From the NCBI RefSeq assembly GCF_021730395.1, contig NC_069369.1, forward strand, positions 29,805,250-29,869,249: a DNA stretch of 64,000 bases, given 5' to 3'. Below, in pieces: positions 39,239-51,087 of the stretch. The position numbers and the translations under genes are program-made. Origin of the DNA: Mercenaria mercenaria. Lineage: Eukaryota. Position 1 is the stretch's first letter, and each line of letters starts with the position of its first letter. The notes under the pieces were generated by a model. It had not been told where the DNA came from. It was given only the letters and a program-made list of their open reading frames with translations, and searched no databases.

Positions 39239-39779
39239 TATTAACAAGGTTTTTCTAATATTATTTATTTATTTATTTGGGTTTTATGGCGCACCAACAA
39301 AGTAAAGGTTATATGGCGCCAAACAGGACTACAAATTTTGGTTCCACATCTTATTTACATCGAAATAAAAACATGAGGTATGGAATCAAAATTTGCATAC
39401 CTGCTGGAATCACAGAGTTACAGCAAAACCAAGTGTTAAGAACCTATAAGTCGCCTCTTACGATCATGCAAGGGTAAGGCAGTTGTTTCAGACCCAGATG
39501 ACCCATTACCTGTCTTGTTCAAGATTTTATTAAGGTAAATATTCTGACCAAGTTTCATGAAGATGGGGCAGATTTATGACCTGTAATTGTAAAATTGTTG
39601 ATGACACATACCAGACAAAGCAAAACTTACGACAATGGACAGGTGTTTCACAAAGCCAAATTTGTGCACTTTGTACTAAGGCATCAGAGCTTAAAATCTG
39701 TGTCAGATTCAAAAGAAATGCATGTTAAAATGTCATAAACACTTTTTAAACAAGAGCTGTCACCATAGGATGACACATG

Positions 39780-40345
39780 CCCCCGATGGCACTTTGAATG
39801 AATAGTTATGGCCGATGTTAGAGTTTAGGACCTTTGACCTACGGACCTGGGTCTTGCACGCGACAAGTCGTCTTACTGTGGTACACATTCATGCCAAGTT
39901 ATTTGAAAATCCATCCATGGATGACAAAGATATGGACCGGACACGCCCAACTATCATGAAAAATGACCTTTAACGTCTAAGTGTGACCTTGACCTTTGAG
40001 CTACGGACCTGGGTCTTGTGCGTGACACGTCGTCTTACTGTGGTACATATTCTTGCCAAGTTATTTGAAAATCCATCCATGGATGACAAAGATATGGACC
40101 GGACACGCCCAACTATCATGAAAAATGACCTTTAATGTCTAAGTGTGACCTTGACCTTTGAGCTACGGACCTGGGTCTTGCGCGCGACATGTCGTCTTAC
40201 TGTGGTACACATTCTTGCCAAGTTATTTGAAAATCCATCCATCGATGACAAAGATATGGACCGGACACAAAAACTGCGGACAGACTGACAGACTGTTCAA
40301 AAACTATATGCCTCCCTTCGGGGGCATAAAAAACCCAGCTGAGGT
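39780..40345 (+). mobile_element. Helentron-like satDNA carrier: 3 x ~183-bp units, (GACA/GACT)n and terminal hairpin
   Basis: Units gacctttgacctacggacctgggtcttgcacgcgacaagtcgtcttactgtggtacac.... Then ggacacaaaaactgcggacagactgacagactg and the hairpin atgcctccc ttcg ggggcat followed by aaaaaacc (40262-40345). Confidence 0.6.
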
Positions 40346-40375
40346 GTTTAGCTAGTCTGTAATAAATGCACTTAC

Positions 40376-40503
40376 ACTATAGCCTATATGGTTGATAGAG
40401 GCCATGTGTCCCTTCATACTGTACTTCACTTTACATGCACCATCTCCTGTGGACTCTTTTGTTGTTTCACCTGGTACATTGCCAATCTTTGATACATCCC
40501 AAA
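40376..40503 (-). CDS. NACHT-WD40 exon
   Basis: Acceptor aatgcttgcag|TT. (V)WDVSKIGNVPGETTKESTGDGACKVKYSMKGHMASINHIGYS. Donor AGT|GTAAGT. Completes ...SSDFNLKVWD from the previous exon. Confidence 0.8.
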
Positions 40504-41346
40504 CTGCAAGCATTTCAATTCTTCTAAGTACATGTATAGTACTGGTTTGCATTATTTCAATTTAATTCTTAGTCTTAAATTTTATTTGCCTGCTGTTCAC
40601 ATCATCACTCTCTGTGACATAACAAACAAAATATACGCCTGAAGGGTTATATCAGAGGAGGATGGGAGCAAAATTTAAAGAACTTCACAGTTGAAGCCCA
40701 AAGGACAGGAACAACAAAGGGAAGAAATTCTAAAAAAATTTCAAAGTCCACAGAAAACAAATCCTTTTCAGGTTCAGATATGTCAAAATACACCTAAAAA
40801 TTGAAGGTACATGTACCATCCATGTTGTACCCCAGAAAAATGGTCTTGGTTTTTCTTTTGGCTAATAATATAAAAGTTACAAAACAAGCTATTTTCATGC
40901 ATCAGCTCTATTCTGAAGATCTAACACCTCAGTGCAAGAAACTTTAGTGCAGAGTGGCAGTGTAACCTCCAGTCTAGAAATAGAGTGGATAAAGGGCGTC
41001 TAACTTCTGGGCAGGATATCCAAGTTGGGAAGTAAACCCTAGGCAAGATATCTGAATGGTGTGTGGTAGTCTAGCAGTAAAGATGTCACTCACTCAACTA
41101 GAAGATCAATGGTTCCAGTCTTGCTTGGGCCACAATGACATATCAACCATCAGAACCATTTTTTCTCCAGATAAAATGTATCTAATTACCTAGCAATGGT
41201 AATCTTATTTTGCAAATATACTGTCTCTGCAAATTCTGCTAACATAAAAGCTGCAGAATCTCTTCTTTCTACAGTAAGTGATTTGGAGCCAGGAACTTTT
41301 AACCAATAAACCACTGTTGAAGAATCCTGGACAAACATACACATAC

Positions 41347-41506
41347 CTTTGAGATTGAAATCACTGGAAGCTGTGATGATGAAGTCTGCAGTGTTTGACC
41401 ATCTACAATCTGTGACCCAGTCATCATGTGCATTATGTATGGTATGTAAGGGTGTAGGATTCTGCTCGTCAAATGTACAGGCAATAATGTCCCATATTCT
41501 CACACT
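41347..41506 (-). CDS. NACHT-WD40 exon (WD repeat)
   Basis: Acceptor ttgttctttgtacag|AGT. SVRIWDIIACTFDEQNPTPLHTIHNAHDDWVTDCRWSNTADFIITASSDFNLK. Donor AAAG|GTATGT. Confidence 0.85.
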
Positions 41507-42261
41507 CTGTACAAAGAACAATTGATAATTAGAAATACAGGTGTACGAAAATGTTTATTTCAAAGTAAGTTTGGATGTTTTGCTGAGACCCACCAACAAT
41601 TTAATTTATGAACTACGTTGGTGAGAACACATTTTTCCAATACATGTGTTATCATGGCCCTTGTCAGTGAACCTAGAGCAACTCAATGCCTGGCTCTGAT
41701 CTTATATATGTGGCTTATCTAAAGTTTACTGATAATATTTCAAACAAATATATTTAATGTAGACTGGATTATAGATATTTGTCACCAATTTGTAAACAAT
41801 GCCACCTGTGATTCCAAAATATCTGTAACAAGTCTATCAACCTGCATCATGTGTTTAAGCACTTACACTCAAATTTCAAAAACATGAACACTGATTATAA
41901 GACTGCTAAGAATAAAAATCTCTAAATATCTATCTGTAGTAACTAATGAAAAAGGTACACATGTACTTGGTATCTTGTCAGTCTATTTCCAAGACTTAAA
42001 AACTTTAATCTTAAATAACTTGTCAGTCTATTTCCAAGACTTAAAAACTTTAATCTTAAATAAAAACACAGATCATAAGGTTTCCTATAAAGAATAGTCT
42101 CTAGAAGATTTTTGTGTACTGTTTCATGCAAGCAAATAGTGCTGTATCTTTTCCAGTCCTCATGATAAGAGGCTCTAGATACATTTCTTTAATAGAGAAA
42201 TAATCCTTTTGGGCTAAAAACATTTTTATGTAGTATACGGTAATTAAATGCATTATAATTT

Positions 42262-42417
42262 GTATATCAAAGAGCAGGTTACAGAAGACTATGTTACAAT
42301 TTTTACATCAAAGAGCAGTTACAGTAGACTATGTTACAATTTTTACATCAAAGAGCAGTTACAGTAGACTATGTTACAATTTTTACATCAAAGAGCAGTT
42401 ACAATAGACTATGTTAC
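42262..42417. repeat. 40-bp minisatellite, about 3.7 units, starting at the first intron base of the NACHT-WD exon 42418-42535 donor
   Basis: Transcript-sense unit GTAACATAGTCTACTGTAACTGCTCTTTGATGTAAAAATT. The first unit is the donor itself (GAGATATG|GTAACATAG). Confidence 0.85.
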
Positions 42418-42535
42418 CATATCTCTGCTGCCTGTAGCAATCCTGTTTCCATTTTGATTGAAGGCACAACTTGTCACAGGTCCAGTGTGTGTTCCCATAA
42501 CACAAATTCTAGTTGGTACACTCTTCAAGATAGTC
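42418..42535 (-). CDS. NACHT-WD40 exon (WD repeat), paralogue of exon 43498-43652
   Basis: Acceptor ttggtttttgttacag|G. (R)TILKSVPTRICVMGTHTGPVTSCAFNQNGNRIATGSRDM. Donor ATG|GTAACA. Phase 2 to 0. Confidence 0.8.
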
Positions 42536-42879
42536 CTGTAACAAAAACCAAAAACGGAAGGTTTTTTTAACATTTTATTTAAGGATATGCAATTCATATA
42601 AAATTCATATGTTCTCTGGCCATTTCCCCCACATATTCTCCGTTTGGATCACTTCAAACCCTGGATAACTTGAATATAGCCTAAATTGAATGATGGACCA
42701 GTCCATTTTAGAAATTAAGCAGGATAAAGGTTAAAAGTTGAAATCCATGAATTTACATCCCCTTGAAATGTCCACTCAGGCTAAAGCCACAAAACTGCAT
42801 GGTCATAAATATAAAGGATTTGGCAGATTTTCTTGATTTGAACTTACATTCGAAAAATATTCCATTAAAACATTTTTGT

Positions 42880-43440
42880 ACACAGAAAATATGCTGTCTA
42901 CTCAGTAATTTTGGCAAACATCTGCATTTACATTTCATTTGAACAGTGTTTCAATATTTCATGGACATTCAACTGAGATGGCAGGAAAGTAATTTTAGCT
43001 TACTTATGTCTAACTGTATTTTTTTGAATTGATTTTTCATACACAGAACAGGTACAGTCCACTCATGTAATAGCAAAGTAATTCTGGTATAAATCTGCTC
43101 TCACTTTCCATCTGAACGGTGTTCTATGTTTGCCATGGTGAAATGAAACTACAGTAAAAGTTAAGTGCTGTTTCTTTTTGTTAGAGCGAAAATACCACAC
43201 ATGGTCGGATTTAGGTTGTAAATTTCCAGCATGGTTTCCTGCTGGCGTCTTTCAAAATTAGAGATCATGCCTGGGATTTAGTAAGAAATTTGAAACTTAA
43301 ATGGTATGCTTTTATATCATTTATGCTGAAAGAAAGTGTGAGGCATTAAACAAATGAGTTGGGACTTGTATGTGAACAATACTGGACAGAAAACTTAAGT
43401 GGTCGGAAACTGGTTGTGCCGGGATACTTCAATTGATTCT
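42880..43440 (-). pseudogene. Decayed tandem copies of the exon 43498-43652 segment (pseudo-exons)
   Basis: 43040-43140 reverse complement ...CCAGAATTACTTTGCTAT.ACATGAGTGGACTGTAC.TGTTCTGTGTATGA matches the exon 43498-43652 coding sequence with frameshifts. 42890-42960 reverse complement matches that exon's 3' end plus donor (...TTCAAATGAAATGTAAATGCAGATGTTTGCCAAAATTAC). Confidence 0.5.
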
Positions 43441-43497
43441 CATGCACATATTAACATGTGCAGTCTTTTTGTAATTTTGGCATACATCTGCACTTAC

Positions 43498-43652
43498 CTT
43501 TCATTTGAACTGTATTTCAATGGATTTTCATACACAGAACATGTACAGTCCACCGAAGTGATAGCAAAGTAATTCTGGCATATGTCTGCACTAAGAACTG
43601 GTTGTGTTAGAGTTGTGACTACACACGAATTCCTCAAGTTAACCTTCAGTAT
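43498..43652 (-). CDS. NACHT-WD40 exon (degenerate WD repeat), tandem paralogue of exon 42418-42535
   Basis: Acceptor ggttgttggttttttttacag|ATA. ILKVNLRNSCVVTTLTQPVLSADICQNYFAITSVDCTCSVYENPLKYSSNE. Donor AAAG|GTAAGT. Phase 0 to 2, which feeds the phase-2 start of the next exon. Confidence 0.65.
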
Positions 43653-43780
43653 CTGTAAAAAAAACCAACAACCAGTGTGCAAAACAAAGGGCACTTAAAA
43701 AAGCAAATCAGCCAGCGAATATTTTGATTTCAGCGCTTAACAACAAATTTACAGTCCCTTCAAACAAAATTAATGTACAA

Positions 43781-43984
43781 ACTCTAAGAAATTTCTATAA
43801 TGAACTTGTCCATCTTTCAATTTGGACAGTACTATAACTGTTAAAAGGGGTGCTTACCAAAAAGATACTGACTGAATGACGAACAGTGCAGATCATGATC
43901 AGACTGCACAGATGTGCAGGCTGATCGTGTTCTACATGGTCGCAAAGGCAGACTCAATCTTGTCCAGCATTATAAGGGGTTAAA
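43781..43984. mobile_element. MITE family B copy
   Basis: ...aaatttctataatgaacttgtccatctttcaatttggacagtactataactgttaaaaggggtgcttaccaaaaagatactgactgaatgacgaacagtgcagatcatgatcagactgcacagatgtgcaggctgatcgtgttctacatggtcgcaaaggcagactcaatcttgtccagcattataaggggttaa. Confidence 0.7.
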
Positions 43985-44041
43985 TGCATTTATTCTGAAT
44001 GTACTCCGTATTTTTCAAAAAAAGAAAGAAAATCATTGTAC

Positions 44042-44145
44042 CTTTGCTGAACAGTCATCTGACCCTGACAGTAAGAAAGCAGACGACATAAACTTCAGAC
44101 ATCTTACAGAAGCTGTATGCACCTGACTAGAATATAACTCAGTAC
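44042..44145 (-). CDS. NACHT-WD40 exon (WD repeat)
   Basis: Acceptor tgtgttattttgcag|GT. (G)TELYSSQVHTASVRCLKFMSSAFLLSGSDDCSAK. Donor AAG|GTACAA. Confidence 0.8.
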
Positions 44146-44399
44146 CTGCAAAATAACACATACAATCAGCACGAGATCTTTTATTCAAAACAAGTACAGG
44201 TAATTCAACCTTAAAATTCAGTGGTTAAGGATGACCCCAGGATCAATAATTTGTAGGTTTAACTAGTACCACTATGTGACATGAACTAAGCACTACATAG
44301 CTATACCATAGGATAACACAGGCTGCTTGTAAAACATGTATGACCACCCTGAATGCATGCTGGAGGTAAATAAGTGAGTAATATTGACAGCTATAACCC

Positions 44400-44950
44400 A
44401 AAATCTTCACCACTTATTGACTGAAAACTGTTTTCAGTCTTGAGGTCAATGTATATTGACCTTTGATCTACTGACTGCCAAACTAAAAGGGATCATGTTC
44501 TGACCCCAGGCTATCAATCTACAAAGTTTGACAGGATACTTCTGCTGTTATAGAACAAAACCAATTTTCAGTCTGAAGGTCAATGTGACCTTGACCTTTG
44601 ACACACTAATCCCAAAAACAATAGTGATCTCTTGATGACCACAGACAATCATCCTATGAAGTTCGATTATTGCGGGTCCAAGCCTTCTACAGTTATTGAG
44701 CAGAAACCTTTTTCAGTCCAAAGGTCAATGTAACCTTGACCTTGGATCTACTGACCCCCAAAACAATTGGGGCCATCTGATCACTACATACAATCATCAT
44801 ATGAAGTCTGACCAATGTTGGTCCGAGCCTTCTTCAGTTACTGAGCAGACACTGATTACATCTGAACTGAATGTAACTGTGACCTTGACCCCCAATATGT
44901 TTATCAAAGGCAATCATAGTATGGACATTGGCCATTTTTATAAGCTAAAG
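44400..44950. repeat. ~150-bp satellite array, about 3.5 units, no terminus recognised
   Basis: Units ...cagtct(t/g)(g/a)aggtcaatgt..gaccttgacctttga.c.actga.c.ccaaa.... Confidence 0.5.
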
Positions 44951-45274
44951 TGTTCTTGAGTTAAATTTTTTTATCAAAGTAACTATGACACTTCTGCTCT
45001 GACTTGCAATTAGCCTGACATTCTTTGTAAACCACAGACATTCTTTCTTCCAACATCACCTTAAGTGATGTAAAAAAAGACCTCCTACAAATATGCACCC
45101 ACAGTAATTACTCTGCTGAAATTGTGAATAGTGTGCCAGTGATTAGGGATCAACATTTTCGTAGGGTTTAAATCAACTACAATAAGGGTCAAATGACTTT
45201 AATCTATGGGCTGACAAATTAACCAGTCCTTAAGAATATACTAATTTTCTAAACATAACTTTTTGATCACTTAC

Positions 45275-45422
45275 CAGACAGTACATCGTGCACTTTGATT
45301 ACACCTGAATGGTATCCAATAGCAACCAAATCCTGTTGTGGTGATATAGCAATGGAAACTGCTGGGCCTAGTTGTTCTGTGCCAACAGTTATGATTGGTT
45401 TTCCAAGATGACCTGACCACAC
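45275..45422 (-). CDS. NACHT-WD40 exon
   Basis: Acceptor attatataacag|GTG. VWSGHLGKPIITVGTEQLGPAVSIAISPQQDLVAIGYHSGVIKVHDVLS. Donor TCTG|GTAAGT. Confidence 0.8.
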
Positions 45423-45863
45423 CTGTTATATAATAGTTGACATGAGCAGATCAAACAGTATATAATTAGAAAGGAATGGATGTTGTCATGTTGTCTCTAA
45501 AGTTTAAAATAAACAAAAATTTATTTATTTTGAAATGCTTTTATCATGTTAAATCCTTTTATTTTTAGTGACAAAAAAATGGCATAAGGGATTTCCCTTT
45601 TTAATAACTGACCATTATACACAGGTTTGACCTACCGGTTTACTGTAGGGGTGAACTGACTTTAATCTGTATTTAAATCAAAGCTTCATAAGCAACAATT
45701 TTTTTTTTCTTATTTCTTTTTAATACAACCTGCGTGCGAATCTACTCAAATTTTATTTCATGTCCTAGCAAGTCTGAACTTGGAATTTAAAAAGACTTAT
45801 AAGATGGACTGTACACATAGGTCACTGGTGAGTTGAATAATCGAACATGAAGTATGACCCTAC

Positions 45864-45962
45864 CTTGACCTTGTGATCATCGCTAACTGTAATGAGTTCC
45901 TTGCCAGTTGGTGAAAACGTCAACTTATTTATTGGTAACGCATGTCCCTCAATGTTACCAAC
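45864..45962 (-). CDS. NACHT-WD40 exon (WD repeat)
   Basis: Acceptor tatgaactttcag|GTT. VGNIEGHALPINKLTFSPTGKELITVSDDHKVK. Donor AAG|GTAGGG. Confidence 0.8.
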
Positions 45963-46168
45963 CTGAAAGTTCATAAGAATAGTACAATATAATAACACAA
46001 TGGACTTTTTTTTGGGTAAAATGGTAAATACACTTGAGATCTAATGGAATCAATTATCTGCCTTTGTCAGGGGGTAAATTTATAAGATTTTTCTTACAAA
46101 AATATCTAAAAGATAGGTCCATATTTAAAACTGTCTATATGTAAAGTAAATGAAGTAAATTTCAATAC

Positions 46169-46288
46169 TTGTGAGCCAGTATCTGCTGCCCATAGTTTAA
46201 CATCTCCGTCTAGAGCTGCTGAGGCAATATGACGTCCTGACGGTGAGTAGGCCACATCTCGTACTGACGACTGGTGACCTCGCAATAC
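46169..46288 (-). CDS. NACHT-WD40 exon (WD repeat)
   Basis: Acceptor ttgttgacattacag|GTA. VLRGHQSSVRDVAYSPSGRHIASAALDGDVKLWAADTGSQ. Donor CAA|GTATTG. Confidence 0.85.
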
Positions 46289-46779
46289 CTGTAATGTCAA
46301 CAATTAACTAATTATCTTTCAACAGCAAAACATACCATAACATGGAGAAGCTACAGCTATATGGATATTTAGTATTTCAACTTGATGTGTCTCCACAGGA
46401 CACTGGTGCCCCCCAATTCCTGTGACTGTATGCATATTTCTGACTAAGTCAATGGCCATAACTTGAATGGTCTGGCTGTGTGAAAATCCAATGAAAACAC
46501 CAGGTGTACATCCTCATATGCTGAATAATAATCCTGTAAGGTCTGATGACTCTAGGTCAAATACTTTTTAAGATATGTACAACACAAATTCCGATTAATG
46601 AAAATACAGACAAGGGCAACTCTAAGTGCAACCACAAAAATTTGGGGTGGGGGTGGGGGGCACATAAACATCCTAAAATACTTAGGTTTTCATCTGTCAG
46701 GTAAGTCAAATGGCAGAACATAACATTAACTAGAAATGTGTCCATGGGACACAGATGCCCCCACTACATGACAAAGGAC

Positions 46780-48262
46780 ACAGATCAACTTTGTGAAAAC
46801 AATATGTACAAAGTCAGGGGCCATAACTCCTACATAACTGAATGAATCTGGACGCGAAACCCCAGGTGCACAACTACACATGCTGACCAACATTCCTGTA
46901 AAGTTTTGTGACTCTACATCAAATACTTTTGGAGCTAGGCATGACACATTCTTGGAAGGACAAGGGCAAATACTTTTGGAGCTACGCGCGACACAACATT
47001 AAAATGACCAAGTTTTAACTAAGTCAGGGGCCATAACTCCTACATAACTGAATGAATCCGGACGCGAAACCCCAGGTGCACAACTGCACATACTGACCAA
47101 CATTCCTGTAAACTTTGGTGACTCTAGGTCAAATACTTTTGGAGCTACGCGCGACACAACATTAAAATGACCAAGTTTTAACTAAGTCAGGGGCCATAAC
47201 TCCTACATGACTGAATGAATCCGGACGCAAAACCCCAGGTGCACAACTGCACATGCTGACCAACATTCCTGTAAACTTTGGTGACTCTAGGTCAAATACT
47301 TTTGGAGCTACGCGCGACACAACATTAAAATGACCAATTTTTTACTAAATCAGGGGCCATAACTCCTACACGACTGAATGAATCTGGATGCAAAACCCCA
47401 GTTGCACAACTACACATGCTGACCAACATTCCTGTAAAGTTTTGTGACTCTACGTCAAATACTTTTGGAGCTAGGCATGACAAATTCTCGGAAGGACGGA
47501 CGGACAAGGGCAAATACTTTTGGAGCTACGCGCGACACAACATTAAAATGACCAAGTTTTAACTATTAAAGTCAGGGGCCATAACTCCTACACACCTGAA
47601 TGAATCCGGACGCGAAACCCCAGGTGCACAACTGCACATGCTGACCAACATTCCTGTAAACTTTGGTGACTCTAGGTCAAATACTTTTGGAGCTACACGC
47701 GACACAACATTAAAATGACCAATTTTTAACTAAGTCAGGGGCCATAACTCCTACACGACTGAATGAATCTGGACGCGAAACCCCAGATGCACAACTGCAC
47801 ATGCTGACCAACATTCCTCTAAACTTTGGTGACTCTAGGTCAAATACTTTTGGAGCTACGCGCGACACAACATTAAAATGACCAATTTTTTACTAAATCA
47901 GGGGCCATAACTCCTACACGACTGAATGAATCTGGATGCAAAACCCCAGGTGCACAACTACACATGCTGACCAACATTCCTGTAAAGTTTTGTGACTCTA
48001 CGTCAAATACTTTTGGAGCTAGGCGCGATACAACACTAAAATGACCAATTTTTACAAAGTCAGGGGCCATAACTCCTACAAGACTGAATGAATCTTGACG
48101 CGAAACCCCAGGTGCACAACTACACATGCTGACCAACATTCCTGTAAAGTTTTGTGACTCTACGTCAAATACTTTTGGAGCTAGGCGCGACACATTCTCG
48201 GAAGGACAGACGGATGGATGGACAGACGGACAATGGCAAATCTATATGCTCCCCCAAAGTGG
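46780..48262 (+). mobile_element. Helentron-like satDNA carrier: about 8 units (150-205 bp), (GGAC/GATG)n and terminal hairpin
   Basis: Units ...aagtcaggggccataactcctaca..actgaatgaatc.ggacgc.aaaccccaggtgcacaact.cacatgctgaccaacattcctgtaaa.ttt.gtgactcta.gtcaaatacttttggagcta.gcgcgacac.... Terminus ggaaggacagacggatggatggacagacggac... then hairpin atgctccccc aaagt gggggcat followed by aaaaaac (48190-48262). Confidence 0.6.
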
Positions 48263-48717
48263 GGGCATAAAAAACAAGAGGCCACAGGTTTGACTCCCTA
48301 ACCTGGCAAATATTCTCCGTGATGTTCTAACAGATTTCAATAATCAGAAATTAATGTTATTTAATGTTATAAAATCCTAAAAATAATTAGTACTTTGTTG
48401 CTGTTTTCTATGCTTTTACAGTTTCACATCTTTTTATGAAAAACACTTTCATCTATAAGGTCAGTGTAGTCACAAGCACTAGGTAAGAAGTGCATATTGG
48501 TAAAAGAACAGCTTTACAAATGACAGTTTCATTGTTCCCATCTACAAAGTTACTGACCAATTACAGCCTTGGCCCTAACATTAAGTACGATGGCTTTTAC
48601 CCAGCTTATTCTGCATGACCATTACAAGCTGGGAACGAATTAACCCTGTCTAGAAGCAGGGTAAGCTGAGACAAGCTCTTCAGTGAGAAAGGTATGGAAA
48701 GTTGCAGTTTATTGAGT

Positions 48718-49150
48718 TAAACGGTGGGCCAGTGGTCTAGTGGTAACACGCTTGACTTTCAATCCAGAGGTCCGGGATTCGAATCCCGGTCCAGGCACTG
48801 GAAATTTCTGAGATGCTCTTGAGTGTCTCCCACCTAACTAGAAGCCTGTATTGGTTCTTCCCAGGAAAGACGGCTTAGCGTGTTTCGATGCTATACACCG
48901 GGCACGTTAAAGAACCAGACTGTCTATTCGCAAAGAGCTAGGCTAAGTTCGCCGGACAGGCCTGTATTTACAAAGGATTTCTCTCTATCTGTTCTGGGGG
49001 CTTTATCTCACTCTGTCCCTCTGGTCAGATAGCTCTGTGTCATCCTCTAGTAGAGGATGAATTTTGCGCCCTGTGTGGCTGCGTTTGCTATATGTAAAGC
49101 GCCTTTGAACATGTTTATCATGAAAAGGGCACTATATAAATCTGGTATAA
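48718..49150 (+). mobile_element. tRNA-derived SINE (second family)
   Basis: tRNA-like head ggtgggccagtggtctagtggtaacacgcttgactttcaatccagaggtccgggattcgaatcccgg, a long body, and a tail ...tataataataaccc. Confidence 0.6.
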
Positions 49151-49254
49151 TAATAACCCTAAAATGTCAACTGAAAGTGTCCATAATAAACATGCATAAA
49201 ATAGTGGTTTGGGAATATGTCACTCATACTTCAAACATATGAGAGGCTACTTAC

Positions 49255-49360
49255 TGCTTTCTTTGTTTTATGGAAAATGTCCCAGATTTTGATTGTACTG
49301 TCCCACTGTCCTGACACTATCTTCTGACCTTCGGGATGGAAACTCACACAATTCACTGGG
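49255..49360 (-). CDS. NACHT-WD40 exon (WD repeat)
   Basis: Acceptor gtttctataattag|C. (S)PVNCVSFHPEGQKIVSGQWDSTIKIWDIFHKTKKA. Donor GCA|GTAAGT. Confidence 0.8.
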
Positions 49361-49649
49361 CTAATTATAGAAACATGGACTGTGTCAAAATAATGAAGGA
49401 AAACATGTAGCACCAGCAGCTGATTTATCTGTTCATAAAGTCATTGAAACGTTTTGGTGTTTCAAATCAAATAAAGCATTTGGCAAAAATTTAAGATAAA
49501 AGCAGTATATCTATAGGTAAAATACAAAATCTACCTTAAGTGCCAAAGTGTAGGACCCTGTTTTTGTAAAAAGTACCACAAATCAAGAAAAACTAGAGAT
49601 GCTTTTGAGAAAAGCGCATGTCTCCCACAACTGCCCCTATGGTTTAGAC

Positions 49650-50420
49650 GAGTAGATCCAATTAGATGGTCTGGACAAGTGGATCCAATCAGTAATTCAA
49701 GGGCCATAAATCAAAAGTGCCTGGGCGGATTTGGCTAGTTATCGAACTTGGCTAAGGTCTTATGGCCAAATACATTTTGTTTAAGTTTGGTGAAGATTGG
49801 ATGAGAAATGTTCGACTGAGAGAGCAGACAAGAGTAAAAAGGCCGATTTTTTTATAATTCAAGGGCCGTAACTCCAAAATGCCTAGACCGACTTAGCTAG
49901 TTATCGAACTTGGCCGAGGTCTCACGGTCAAACACATTTTGTTCAAGTTTGGTGAAGATTGGATGAGAAATGTTCGACTTAAGAGTGCGGACAAGAGTAA
50001 AAAGGAGGATTTTTCGGTAATTCAAGGGCCATAACTCCAAAATGCCTGGACCGATTTGGCTAGTTATCGAGCTTGTCTGAGGTCTCATGGTCAAACACAT
50101 TTTGTTCAAGTTTGGTGAAGATCGGATGAGAAATGTTCGACTTAAGAGTGCGGACAACATTAAAAAGGCTGATTTTTGGTAATTCAAGGGCCATAACTCC
50201 AATACGCCTGGACCGATTTGGCTAGGTATCGAACTTGGCCGAGGTCTTATGGTCAAACACATTTTGTTTAAGTTTGGTGAAAATCAGATGAGAAATGTTC
50301 AACTTAGAGTGCGGACAAGCTTTGTGACAGACAGACAGACACACAGACGGACAGACAGACAGACACACAGACTGGAGTAAATCAATATGTCTCCCACACC
50401 ACTATGTGGTGGGAGACATA
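49650..50420 (+). mobile_element. Helentron-like satDNA carrier: about 4.5 x ~150-bp units, (GACA)n and terminal hairpin
   Basis: Units ...aattcaagggcc(a/g)taactccaaaatgcctgg.ccga.ttggctagttatcgaacttggc..aggtct.a.ggtcaaacacattttgttcaagtttggtgaagat.ggatgagaaatgttcgact.aagag.gcggacaag.... Then gtgacagacagacagacacacagacggacagacagacagacacacagac and hairpin atgtctcccacaccactatgtggtgggagacat. Confidence 0.6.
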
Positions 50421-50499
50421 ATTTTATCAACAGAACATTAATTTTACTAATGTAGACATCCTCATTTCTGTTCTTATGTAAAACATCATTTCAGTAACA

Positions 50500-50990
50500 G
50501 CAGGTGTGCAAGAAATACATCTTAAAACTAGAGCTGCTTTTGAGAAAAGCGCATGTCTCCCACAACTGCCTAATCATCTGAAAAGTAATATAAGATTGGA
50601 TGAGAAATGTTCGAGCGTAAAGCCTACTCCCTATATATTCTTAATTCCAAATCAGACTTCCAGTGCCTTGATTATCAAAACCAACCCAATCAGACCTTTC
50701 AGTGCTCTGATACAACCCAATCAGACTTTCAGTGCTTTGATTATCAAAAAAACAATATTTCAAGGACCATAATTCTGAAGTGACTGGGCCGATTTGGCTA
50801 GTTATCAAACTTGGCTGAGGACTTATTGGCAAACACATTTTGTTAAAAGTTTGGTGAAGATCGGATGAGAAATGTTCGACTTAGGAGTGCGGACAAGATT
50901 TGTGACAGACGGAGGGATGGACGGACAGACAGACAGGAGTAAATCAATATGTCTCACACCACACAGTGGTGTGGGAGACATAACTGGTAA
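50500..50990 (+). mobile_element. Second, shorter copy of the same satDNA carrier with its own (GACN)n and hairpin terminus
   Basis: ...gtgacagacggagggatggacggacagacagacaggagtaaatcaatatgtctcacaccacacagtggtgtgggagacat (50880-50985). Confidence 0.55.
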
Positions 50991-51087
50991 TGTAATCTTT
51001 AAAGCCATAGATTAAACAAAAAGCAAAATTCATTAATTACATAAAAAAAAATTAAACCTGAAGGTATTTTTTTTCTTCTGTACTTAC

